A stretch of DNA of 64,000 nucleotides from assembly GCA_947591495.1 (NCBI GenBank), contig CANQDG010000004.1, positions 5,358 through 69,357 on the forward strand, in the 5' to 3' direction. Positions 47,869 through 56,778 of this stretch are shown piece after piece; position 1 is the stretch's first letter; each line of letters opens with the position of its first letter. The position numbers and the translations under genes are program-made. The notes under the pieces were generated by a model. That model searched no databases. It was given only the letters and a program-made list of their open reading frames with translations, and had not been told where the DNA came from. This DNA comes from an uncultured Bacilli bacterium. Lineage in GTDB: Bacteria > Bacillota_I > Bacilli_A > ML615J-28 > CAG-313.

Positions 47869-48918
47869 ATGGATAAACAGTTATTAATTAAAATGTTAAA
47901 TACCCCATCGCCAAGTGGTTTTGAACTAGGAATACAAAAAATGTTAATTGAAGAGTTAAAAGAAGTAGATGAGGCCGTTTATACACATCATAGTTATACA
48001 TGTGTTCATGCTATTAATCCGACATCACCATTTAAAGTAATGTTACTTGCTCATATTGATGAGATAGGTTTAATCATTGAAAAAGTTTTAGATAATGGTA
48101 TTTGTAAATTAACTAATATTGGATCTGTTAGACCCCAAATGTATTTAGGTCAAAGAGTTTGGGTTATCAAATTTGATGAAAAAGGTAATTATCAAACCAT
48201 TGAAGGAGTAATTGGATATTGTCCTAACTATAATAAAGGCGAGATTAGTGTTTGTGACTTAAATTTAGATTTAGGCGTATCATCAAAAGAAGAAGCCTTA
48301 AAACTAGTTGATATTGGCGATGTTGTTCTTTGTCAAAATAAGGTAGTAGAATTACCTAATAATTTACTTGCAAGTAGAGCCTTAGATGATAAGATTGGAG
48401 CTTTTATTGCCATTGAAGTTTTGAAAAAATTAAAATCATTAACCAAATTAGGCGTTTATTTTGCTTCAACAGTAGGAGAAGAAACCACTAAAAGAGGTGC
48501 CATCTTTGCTTGTGAAATGATTAAGCCAACAATTACAATTAGTTTAGATGTTGGTTCAAGCACCGATGTGGCTTATCGAGCTGACTTTACCCATGATGTT
48601 AAATTAGGTGGTGGACCAATAATTACAATTGCTTCAAATGCCAATTTAAAAATGGTTAATTTATTAAAAAAGGTTGCCACTAAATATCATATTCCTTATC
48701 AATACGCCGTTGAAATTTCTAAAACCTATACTGACTTTGATGAGGCTTATAAACTAAATGGTGGAATCCCCTCTGAATTAATTAGTATACCTTTACGCTA
48801 TATGCATTCAAGTGTGGAAGTATGTAGCTTAGACGATGTTTTTTATACAATTGATTTATTATGTCAATTTATTTTAAATTTGGTCGAAAATGAAACCTTT
48901 GACCCTTTTGATAAATAA
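47869..48918 (+). CDS. M42-family metallopeptidase
   Basis: NTPSPSGFE, LLAHIDEIG, SRALDDKIG and VGEETT. Confidence 0.85.
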   Translation: MDKQLLIKMLNTPSPSGFELGIQKMLIEELKEVDEAVYTHHSYTCVHAINPTSPFKVMLLAHIDEIGLIIEKVLDNGICKLTNIGSVRPQMYLGQRVWVIKFDEKGNYQTIEGVIGYCPNYNKGEISVCDLNLDLGVSSKEEALKLVDIGDVVLCQNKVVELPNNLLASRALDDKIGAFIAIEVLKKLKSLTKLGVYFASTVGEETTKRGAIFACEMIKPTITISLDVGSSTDVAYRADFTHDVKLGGGPIITIASNANLKMVNLLKKVATKYHIPYQYAVEISKTYTDFDEAYKLNGGIPSELISIPLRYMHSSVEVCSLDDVFYTIDLLCQFILNLVENETFDPFDK

Positions 48919-48977
48919 ATACTAACTTTACCTATAAAAATGCAAAAAAGGGCTTAATTTAAGCCTAAAAAGAAAGG

Positions 48978-49544
48978 ATGAGTAAAATGAGAAAAGATTT
49001 AGGTAGTAAAACATATTTATTTCCAATGCCAGTTTTAATTATTGGCACATATGATGATCAAGGACTCCCTAATGCCATGAATGCCGCATGGGGAACAATT
49101 AGAGATTATGGAATTGTTGAAATCAATTTAGGACCCCATAAAACAACTGATAATATTTTATTAAAAAAAGCTTTTAGTATTGCATTTGCTACTAAAGAAT
49201 ATGTTAAAGAAGCTGACTATGTTGGTATTGTTTCCCAAAATGAAGTGAAAAATAAATTAGAAATTGCCAACTTTCATACCACTAAAAGTAAATTTGTTGA
49301 TGCCCCCATTATTGAAGAATTTCCGGTATCTTTAGAATGTAGTCTAATTAAGATGGACGAAAATGGCGTAGTATTAGGTCAAATTGTTAATGTTAATGCT
49401 ACTGAAGAAGTGCTTGATGAAAAAGGTAATATTGATGTTACTAAAATGCATTTAATAGCTTATGAACCAGCAGGTCATAGATATCTTGAATTAACTAATG
49501 TCGTAGGTCATGCTTTTAAAGATGGCTTACAATTAAAGAAGTAA
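48978..49544 (+). CDS. Flavin reductase-like domain protein
   Basis: PMPVLIIGTYDDQGLPNAMNAAWG. Alternative start ATG at 48987. Confidence 0.75.
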   Translation: MSKMRKDLGSKTYLFPMPVLIIGTYDDQGLPNAMNAAWGTIRDYGIVEINLGPHKTTDNILLKKAFSIAFATKEYVKEADYVGIVSQNEVKNKLEIANFHTTKSKFVDAPIIEEFPVSLECSLIKMDENGVVLGQIVNVNATEEVLDEKGNIDVTKMHLIAYEPAGHRYLELTNVVGHAFKDGLQLKK

Positions 49545-49549
49545 GATAT

Positions 49550-50695
49550 ATGGAATATCGTAGACTAGGTAAAACGAATTTAATGGTTAGTCAAATTGGT
49601 CTTGGTGGGGAATGGTTAGAAGGTAAAAGTCAAATAGAAGTAAGTGAAATTATTTGCTATGCAAAAGACCAGGGCATTAATCTTTTAGATTGTTGGATGT
49701 CAGAACCTACTGTGAGAAGCAATATTGGTGAGGCAATAAAAAATGATCGTGCTAGTTGGATTATTCAAGGTCATATCGGTTCTACTTGGCAAAATGGTGA
49801 ATATGTAAGAAGTAGAGATATCATAAAAGTTCAAAAAGCCTTTGACGATTTGTTAGAAAGGCTTAAGACAGACTATCTTGATTTAGGGATGATTCATTAT
49901 GTTGATGAAGAAAAAGATTTTTTAGAAATCATTAATGGTCCTTTTTTAGCCTATGTTCAAAACCTTAAAGCTTTAGGTAAGATTAAACATATCGGTCTTA
50001 GCACCCATAATCCTAAAATTGCTAAAATGGCGGTTCAAAAAAAGATTGTCGAAATGATTTTATTTAGTATTAATCCCGCTTTTGACTTTTTGCCCGCAAC
50101 CGAAAATGTTGATGACTATTTTCAAGAAAATTTCGACGATAGTTTACATGGCATTAATCCTGATCGGGCAGAACTTTACAAACTATGTGAAGCAAACGAT
50201 ATTGGAATAACCGTTATGAAAGGCTTTTGTGGAGGACGCTTATTTAATAAAGATACATCACCTTTTAAAGTAGCACTTACTCCAACTATGTGTCTTCATT
50301 ATGCTTTAACAAGGCCTGCTGTAGCAAGTGTGCTTGGCGGATTTGCAAGTATAAAAGAAATTAATGAAAGTTTGCATTATTTTGTCGCAACAGTCGAAGA
50401 AAAAGATTATGCTAGTATTCTTGCTAATAGCCCTAAACATGCCTATATTGGGGACTGCACATATTGTGGCCATTGTGCTTTTTGTCCTAAACATATCGAT
50501 ATTGCGATGATTAATAAATTATATGATCTAGCAACAATGCAAGAAAAACTTCCTGCTAGTATTAAAAACCATTATGATGTTTTAAAAGCACATGCAAGTG
50601 ATTGTATCGAATGTGGTAATTGTATGAAGCATTGTCCATTTGGTGTTGATATTATCACACGTATGAAAAAAACCAAAACCCTTTTTGGTAAATAG
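49550..50695 (+). CDS. Aldo/keto reductase with a C-terminal 4Fe-4S dicluster domain
   Basis: MEYRRLGKTNLMVSQIGLGG and GLSTHN. C-terminal CTYCGHCAFCP and CIECGNCMKHCP. Confidence 0.85.
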   Translation: MEYRRLGKTNLMVSQIGLGGEWLEGKSQIEVSEIICYAKDQGINLLDCWMSEPTVRSNIGEAIKNDRASWIIQGHIGSTWQNGEYVRSRDIIKVQKAFDDLLERLKTDYLDLGMIHYVDEEKDFLEIINGPFLAYVQNLKALGKIKHIGLSTHNPKIAKMAVQKKIVEMILFSINPAFDFLPATENVDDYFQENFDDSLHGINPDRAELYKLCEANDIGITVMKGFCGGRLFNKDTSPFKVALTPTMCLHYALTRPAVASVLGGFASIKEINESLHYFVATVEEKDYASILANSPKHAYIGDCTYCGHCAFCPKHIDIAMINKLYDLATMQEKLPASIKNHYDVLKAHASDCIECGNCMKHCPFGVDIITRMKKTKTLFGK

Positions 50696-50707
50696 AGGAG
50701 GACTATT

Positions 50708-52129
50708 ATGCTTGGTGATAAAATCAAACTATTAAGGCTTCAAAACCAAAAAACTCTTGAAGAAATGGCCCAACTTCTTGATGTAGATTTAAAAACAATG
50801 CAAGATTTTGAAGATAATATTCGTCCATTAAATAAAGAACAATTAAAAAAAATTAGCACAACTTTTAATATAACTGTTGATGAACTATTAGAAAGCCAAA
50901 ACGATGCTAAAAAATTTCCTAATTATGCTAAAACAATCTATAACAAAGAAAGCCTTCAAATTATTGAAAAAATTAATTATCACACGCGATTAAAAATTAT
51001 AGGATATATCTTTTCTTTGATAATCTTTATAGTGCTTTTACTTATACATGAAAACTTTCTTTTAAGCTTAGTAGAGTGTTTATGCTATTTTGGCTTAGCT
51101 TTCTTGGCATGTTATTTATGTAGTTTAATGCTTTTAAAAAAAGCAGTTAATATATATAAAGGTAGTTGTGAATTTTACTTTTATTTAGATCACTTCATCA
51201 TTGAAACTAATACTAATAAAGGTTTTACTAAATATCAAAGATTATATAGTAGTATTAGTAAAATGATTGAAATGGATAAATTTATTATCATTTATTTTGA
51301 TAATCAGATAGCTATAATCGATAAAACGAGCTTTTTATATGATCCGCTTCCAATAATTTTAAAAATGAAAGAAGAGGCAAGAGAATATCAATTACGTTCG
51401 AAAAATAAAAAAACTAAATCACAAAACTTTTTTAAAACCCATTTTATTAATGCGATGGCTATTTTATCAGTGGTAAGCTTTTTTCTAGGTATAATTCTTA
51501 TTAAATTTATCAAGAATCCGTTCTTATTTAGCACTAATCTTTGGGCTATAAAGAATCTTTGGGTTTTATATTTCTTGTTACCTATTGACCTTATTGCAAT
51601 TATTTTAGGAATAATTTATAAAAGAAAACGCAATATTGTCATAGGATCTATAATGAGTGCTTTATTAATCTTAGTTGGAACATTTCCGTTTATATTTAAA
51701 AACACTTATAGCTTTACAACTAAACCAATTGAAACGATGGAAAAAATAACTAAAATGGATTATTCAGATATCTGTTTTACCATCACTAAAATTAACGAAG
51801 TAAACACTCAAAAAGAAGTTTTTCCATTAGAAACAACCAAAAGAAGTGAAATTACCTATTTAAAATATAGCCAAGCCGAAGAAATGAAAATTGAAAAGAA
51901 TTTAGCATCTAGTAACATTTGGTCTTCCACAAATGATAAAGCCTATTTATTAGACCAAACAATGAGAATGCAACTTCAAGATTATGATTATTGGTTATTC
52001 TATGATTTAACTAATGAAAGTTTTACGATTAGTTTAGATGATGATAATATTAATCTAAAAGATTATATGATTGCATCATATGATCTTCAAACTAATACTT
52101 TTGTAATAATTAATTATTTTGCAAAATAG
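50708..52129 (+). CDS. XRE-family HTH fused to a multi-pass membrane region
   Basis: N-terminal LGDKIKLLRLQNQKTLEEMAQLLDV HTH followed by several hydrophobic helices. Confidence 0.7.
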   Translation: MLGDKIKLLRLQNQKTLEEMAQLLDVDLKTMQDFEDNIRPLNKEQLKKISTTFNITVDELLESQNDAKKFPNYAKTIYNKESLQIIEKINYHTRLKIIGYIFSLIIFIVLLLIHENFLLSLVECLCYFGLAFLACYLCSLMLLKKAVNIYKGSCEFYFYLDHFIIETNTNKGFTKYQRLYSSISKMIEMDKFIIIYFDNQIAIIDKTSFLYDPLPIILKMKEEAREYQLRSKNKKTKSQNFFKTHFINAMAILSVVSFFLGIILIKFIKNPFLFSTNLWAIKNLWVLYFLLPIDLIAIILGIIYKRKRNIVIGSIMSALLILVGTFPFIFKNTYSFTTKPIETMEKITKMDYSDICFTITKINEVNTQKEVFPLETTKRSEITYLKYSQAEEMKIEKNLASSNIWSSTNDKAYLLDQTMRMQLQDYDYWLFYDLTNESFTISLDDDNINLKDYMIASYDLQTNTFVIINYFAK

Positions 52130-52132
52130 AAA

Positions 52133-52161
52133 TTGACAATTTTATGAAAGTATGCTAAAAT
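52133..52161 (+). promoter_or_regulatory. ssrA promoter
   Basis: TTGACA (52133-52138), 17-nt spacer, TAAAAT (52156-52161). About 50 nt of AT-rich hairpin leader precede the mature 5' end. Confidence 0.6.
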
Positions 52162-52219
52162 AATATATGTAAAAAATAATAATAATATATTTATAAATAG
52201 AAAATATATTATTATTTAT

Positions 52220-52585
52220 GGGTCTGTATATTGGTTTCGATTGAATTTCGGAAGTTATGTAAGCATGTCGTGGTTGTGCACGTTAAAACACCGAGATAAA
52301 ATAAACGGAAATACAAATTACGCTTTCTGCTAAGCTTAAAATAGCAGGCTAGTTTTATACTAGTTTTATCTCTTATATTGCTTGCCTACGTGTGGTATAA
52401 GGGTAAGTAGAGTAGGCTTGGAAGAAATACTGCTGTTTCTAGGTATAATTCGAAATTTTAGAACTGGCAATTATTATCTTTGCTAATTGTGATAGTAGTT
52501 GTAAGATATATACAAAAAGCTAAACATGTAGAAGACATAGCGAATGATGTTTAAGACCCGAGTTCGAATCTCGGCAGATCCACCA
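52220..52585 (+). ncRNA. ssrA: tmRNA (SsrA)
   Basis: Acceptor stem GGGTCTG / CAGATCC with the G3-U pair. T-arm CCGAG-TTCGAAT-CTCGG. Encoded CCA at 52583-52585. Tag-like frame GGA AAT ACA AAT TAC GCT TTC TGC TAA at 52307-52333. Confidence 0.92.
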
Positions 52586-52597
52586 TATTGAATGAAC

Positions 52598-52661
52598 CAG
52601 ACTGATACAAACGCAAACTTGTTTGCATTGCATACAAGTATGAATTATCAGTCTGTTTTTT
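52598..52661 (+). terminator. ssrA terminator
   Basis: Outer stem cagactgata (52598-52607) / tatcagtctg (52646-52655), inner gcaaac/gtttgc hairpin, then TTTTTT. Confidence 0.7.
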
Positions 52662-52819
52662 ATATAAAATGTCATTTTTTTATGTAAAACATACTATTTA
52701 AAAATTATTAGCTATCTAAAAGATTTATTTGAAATTGACAAATCGCTATTAACGTGTTATAATAAATACGGGTTAAAAATGCGTATTTACACAAAAATAA
52801 CCTGTTAGGAGGTTTTTTT

Positions 52820-54112
52820 ATGATTGAAAGAAAACAGTATCTTGATAAATTAATTAGAAAAAAAGAAAACGGACTAGTCAAAATTATCACTGGAATAAGA
52901 AGATGTGGTAAGTCCTATTTACTATTTAATATTTATTATGATTATTTGAAGTCGATAGGTGTAGACGATAAGCATATTATAACATTAGCCTTAGATGAAA
53001 ATCAAAATGCAAAATATAGAAATCCCCTTCATTTAGATGAATATATTCAAAGCAAACTTCAAGATGATAAAATGCATTATGTATTTCTTGATGAAATTCA
53101 AAAAGTTAAATCAGTAAAAAATCCATATTTAGAAGATGAAGAAGAAAAAATAGGCTTTGTTGACGTTTTACTTGGATTAATGAAAAAACCTAATGTTGAT
53201 CTTTATGTTACAGGTAGTAATTCTAAAATGTTGTCTTCTGATATTTTAACAGAATTTAGAGGAAGAGGGGACGAAATAAGAGTAAATCCATTGTCTTATA
53301 AAGAATTTTATGATGCTTATAAAAAAGATAAACATCTTGCATGGCAGGAGTATTTTACTTATGGCGGAATGCCATTTATTATGTCATTAGAAACTCATGA
53401 GGATAAAAGAAATTATTTAACAAATTTATTTGAACAAGTGTATTTATCTGACATATTAGAAAGACATCACCTTCAAAATGATAAAAGAATTTTAGAAGAT
53501 TTGTTAAATATAATTTCTTCTTCGGTTGGATCTTTAACAAACCCTACTAAGCTGTCAAATACTTTTTTATCTGTAAAACACATTAATATCAAAAATACCA
53601 CGATAAGTAATTACTTAGATTATTTTATTGATGCTTTTATGATTTTTAAAGCCCAAAGATATGATATTAAAGGAAAGAAGTATATAGAAACTCCTTTAAA
53701 ATATTATTTTTCAGATATTGGGCTTAGAAATGCTAGATTAAATTTTAGACAACAAGAAGAAACCCATATTATGGAAAACATCATTTATAATGAGTTGTTA
53801 ATAAGAGGTTTTAGTGTTGATGTCGGAATTGTAGAATATAATTTTAAATCTTCTAAGGGAATAAGTAAAAAAACACAATTAGAGGTTGATTTTATTGCTA
53901 ATAAAGGTAGCAATAGATACTATATTCAATCTGCTTTCGCTATCCCTACAGAAGATAAAAGAAAACAAGAAACTAAAGTATTTTCACGCATTAATGATTC
54001 ATTTAAAAAAATTGTCGTTGTTAAGGAAAATATTATTCCTTGGCATGATGAAAATGGAATATTGTATGTAGGTGTAGAGCAATTTTTATTAGAAGATTTT
54101 TTACATGATTAG
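52820..54112 (+). CDS. AAA+ ATPase with DUF4143-type C-terminus, paralog 2 (divergent)
   Basis: Walker A GIRRCGKS and Walker B VFLDEIQ. Promoter TTGACA-17-TATAAT at about 52737-52765. Confidence 0.85.
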   Translation: MIERKQYLDKLIRKKENGLVKIITGIRRCGKSYLLFNIYYDYLKSIGVDDKHIITLALDENQNAKYRNPLHLDEYIQSKLQDDKMHYVFLDEIQKVKSVKNPYLEDEEEKIGFVDVLLGLMKKPNVDLYVTGSNSKMLSSDILTEFRGRGDEIRVNPLSYKEFYDAYKKDKHLAWQEYFTYGGMPFIMSLETHEDKRNYLTNLFEQVYLSDILERHHLQNDKRILEDLLNIISSSVGSLTNPTKLSNTFLSVKHINIKNTTISNYLDYFIDAFMIFKAQRYDIKGKKYIETPLKYYFSDIGLRNARLNFRQQEETHIMENIIYNELLIRGFSVDVGIVEYNFKSSKGISKKTQLEVDFIANKGSNRYYIQSAFAIPTEDKRKQETKVFSRINDSFKKIVVVKENIIPWHDENGILYVGVEQFLLEDFLHD

Positions 54113-54195
54113 TAAAGAATAGATTAAAAGTAGCTATAGTTTCATCGTGCCCAATATTTTTATACGTGATTAGAATATAGAATTTTCTTTCATAT

Positions 54196-54250
54196 AAAAA
54201 ATTCAAAAAAACTTTGATACGTTAAATATCAAAGTTTTTTTGAATTTTTT
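54196..54250. terminator. Bidirectional terminator, 24-bp perfect inverted repeat
   Basis: aaaaaattcaaaaaaactttgata (54196-54219) / tatcaaagtttttttgaatttttt (54227-54250), between convergent ATPase genes. Confidence 0.7.
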
Positions 54251-54294
54251 GAAAGTAAAATATACAAGTTAATATAAATTAAAAGCTTTAATAA

Positions 54295-55614
54295 TTAAAT
54301 AAACATAGCAAGAAAATGAGGAATACTAAATTTCTTATCTTTCATCCCTATGTTGCCACTAATTAACTTCATAGCAATAGATGGTGAAAATTCTTTTATA
54401 AAAAAGTCAAGAGATTTGGTTGCTGAATTACCTGCCTTAACTTCAATTGGAATAACTTCGGCATTTTTTTCAATAATAAATTCAAGTTCAGAATTATCAT
54501 TTGGTTTATAATAATGAAGGGTATAACCATTTTTGACAAGCGTTTCAGCGATGAAGTTTTCATATATACCACCTTTAGCAAATCCCTTTAATGTTCCATT
54601 AAGTAACGCTTGCTTTGTGGCAAAGCCAAATAATGCAAGTAAAAGTCCTGTATCTGCTATATAAAGTTTGAATTCATTGCTTTTTTCATAAGCATTAAGT
54701 GGCAAAATAGGTGTCGTAGTATTATAGCAGATATAAGCCATATTGGCATCGTGTAACCACTGCACACTATCCATAAATTTACGAGCCGTAGCTTTTTTTT
54801 CAATTTCAGAATATTTGAATTTTTTATTTTCTTTAGCTAGTTGACGTGGAATACTTTCATAACACTTACGAACCTTTAATTTTTCGGCACCTTTAGCGTG
54901 TTGAGAAATATCGTCTATGTAAGATATTAAGATTTTATCTTGAATTTCTTGCACTTTAGTGAAATCTTTGAATTCCATAAAATTGGCAACTACTTCCGGC
55001 ATTCCACCTACTACAAGATATTCACGAAGTAGCATTTCAAATTTTTCATTGATTTCAGGTGGTATCTTTTCTTTTGATGTATAAAAACTTTTAAGATAAG
55101 CAATCGTTTCATCACTATAGCCATATGCCCATAAAAATTCTTCAAAATCCATAGAATACATCATAGCAGTCTTTTCGTAACCAACTGGAATTGATTCAAC
55201 CGGTTTAACTTCCTTATCATCGTCATCACCATAAGATAAACCAAGAAGTGAACCCGAAGCAATCACATCATAACGGCCATCTTCGGCGAGAAACTTTAAT
55301 GATGTGCGAGCATCAGCACATTTTTGAATTTCATCAAGGAATATAAGAGTTTTGCCAGGGATTAGTTTTACCCCAGGAATATTGGCAGTCAATCTTTTAT
55401 ATATTTCTTCAGCAGTCTTGTTACCACTAAAGATAATCTTTAGACTTTTTTGTTCATGGAAGTTAATTTCCACAAAACTTTCATATTCCCTTTTACCAAA
55501 TTCTCGGATTAAATATGTCTTACCTACTTGTCTTGCACCCTTTACTAAAAGACATTCTTTTTTATCTTTATTTTTCCATGCAAGCAAAGTATCATACATT
55601 TTTCTTTTTAACAT
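54295..55614 (-). CDS. AAA+ ATPase with DUF4143-type C-terminus, paralog 3
   Basis: Walker A GARQVGKT and Walker B IFLDEIQ. 439 aa; close paralog of 19866..21185. Confidence 0.85.
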   Translation of the reverse strand: MLKRKMYDTLLAWKNKDKKECLLVKGARQVGKTYLIREFGKREYESFVEINFHEQKSLKIIFSGNKTAEEIYKRLTANIPGVKLIPGKTLIFLDEIQKCADARTSLKFLAEDGRYDVIASGSLLGLSYGDDDDKEVKPVESIPVGYEKTAMMYSMDFEEFLWAYGYSDETIAYLKSFYTSKEKIPPEINEKFEMLLREYLVVGGMPEVVANFMEFKDFTKVQEIQDKILISYIDDISQHAKGAEKLKVRKCYESIPRQLAKENKKFKYSEIEKKATARKFMDSVQWLHDANMAYICYNTTTPILPLNAYEKSNEFKLYIADTGLLLALFGFATKQALLNGTLKGFAKGGIYENFIAETLVKNGYTLHYYKPNDNSELEFIIEKNAEVIPIEVKAGNSATKSLDFFIKEFSPSIAMKLISGNIGMKDKKFSIPHFLAMFI

Positions 55615-55638
55615 GATATTACCTCATTTCTTGAACTT

Positions 55639-55667
55639 ATTATAGCATAGTATTACCGCCTTTTCAA
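55639..55667 (-). promoter_or_regulatory. Promoter of ATPase paralog 3
   Basis: Minus strand TTGAAA (55667-55662), 17-nt spacer, TATAAT (55644-55639). Confidence 0.6.
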
Positions 55668-55759
55668 AAAATATGCATATTTTGGCATATTGAAAAATTG
55701 AAATTATGCATATTTTAGGATATTAAAAAATGAAAAATATGCATATTTTTGGTTTATAT
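55661..55759. repeat. 3 x 33-bp tandem repeat centred on the palindrome (a/t)tatgcatat
   Basis: ATGCAT centres at 55673, 55706 and 55739, exactly 33 bp apart. Units are ttttcaaaaaatatgcatattttggcatattga / aaaattgaaattatgcatattttaggatattaa / aaaatgaaaaatatgcatatttttggtttatat. Confidence 0.85.
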
Positions 55760-55844
55760 ACAATTTTGATAGTATAAAACGAGATTGATTAATTATCAAA
55801 TTGTTTAAAAAAAAATAAAAATATAAGAATCTAATTATTTTAAT

Positions 55845-55892
55845 AGAGTTGTTAAATACCTATTTTTATATGGTAGTAAACAACTCTTTTTT
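55845..55892 (+). terminator. Orphan plus-strand terminator-like hairpin
   Basis: Stem agagttgtt (55845-55853) / aacaactct (55879-55887), then TTTTT. No annotated plus-strand gene lies upstream. Confidence 0.4.
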
Positions 55893-56142
55893 ATTATCCC
55901 GATAAAATTGATAAAAAAATAACTTTCTTCTTATAAGCCATTATTTTTCCTCTTTTTTAATAATAAAAAATTTAATTATCACCAATTTTCGACATAATTT
56001 TAATCATTAAATTTGGTAATGTTGCTAAAAGACGACATTTTATTGAAAAAAATGATATAATTAGACGAATTTTAATATCTTTTTAAACGTTAATATTTAA
56101 TTAAGATTAAAAAAAAATAGAGAAATTAAAAAAGGAGGTAGT

Positions 56143-56778
56143 ATGATGGACTTTACACAATTTGTAGAGAAAATAAAATCAAAATATAAAAAGGATGAAT
56201 TAAAGATCTTTAATGCAATTGAATGTTTTGATAAACTTCATTTATCTTCTTTAGGTTCAAATGATAGTGAGGGATATCAAGTTTTTACTCCACAATTCAT
56301 TGTTAAACAAATGACGGAATTGGTAGAAAACGATATTCTTGATTTTACCAAAAATGTTCTTGAGCCAACCTCAGGTGATGGAGCATTTACAACCTATATT
56401 TTTCAAAAAAGGCTTGAAACAATTTCTAGCAATTTTGAGATTGAGTCACTTAAAGCTCTTTCGACTATTTATTCTATAGAAATGGATAAAGAACTTATTA
56501 TTAAACAAAGAAGTAATATTTTTACATTAATTAGTCTCTATCTAAAAAAACAAAAAATTGAAGTTGATAAATCCTACTTTGATATGGTGAAGTGTATTAT
56601 TGTTTCAAACTTTATGTGGGCAATGTTTAATTCAGACAATTCAATGGAAGGAATGATTAAAGAAGTTGCGTATAAAATGCCAAATGCTGAAAAGAAAGAT
56701 TATATATCTTTAGAGTTTCCCGTTTGGGAGATATCTGAAAATAACATTACTATGCATAAGGAGTATTTCGAAATATGA
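56143..56778 (+). CDS. Methyltransferase-like protein with an intact SAM-binding loop and no NPPY catalytic motif
   Basis: VFTPQFIVKQM (motif X), VLEPTSGDGAF (motif I) and YSIEMD (motif II/III-like). No (N/D/S)PP(Y/F/W) motif anywhere. A second ATG at 56146 is spaced better from GGAGG. Confidence 0.75.
   Translation: MMDFTQFVEKIKSKYKKDELKIFNAIECFDKLHLSSLGSNDSEGYQVFTPQFIVKQMTELVENDILDFTKNVLEPTSGDGAFTTYIFQKRLETISSNFEIESLKALSTIYSIEMDKELIIKQRSNIFTLISLYLKKQKIEVDKSYFDMVKCIIVSNFMWAMFNSDNSMEGMIKEVAYKMPNAEKKDYISLEFPVWEISENNITMHKEYFEI

Noticed and set aside
52540-52585. tRNA gene suggested by the TTCGAAT T-loop and CCA end
   Set aside because: It is the tRNA-like 3' domain of tmRNA. The matching acceptor half lies 366 nt upstream and a tag reading frame lies between them.
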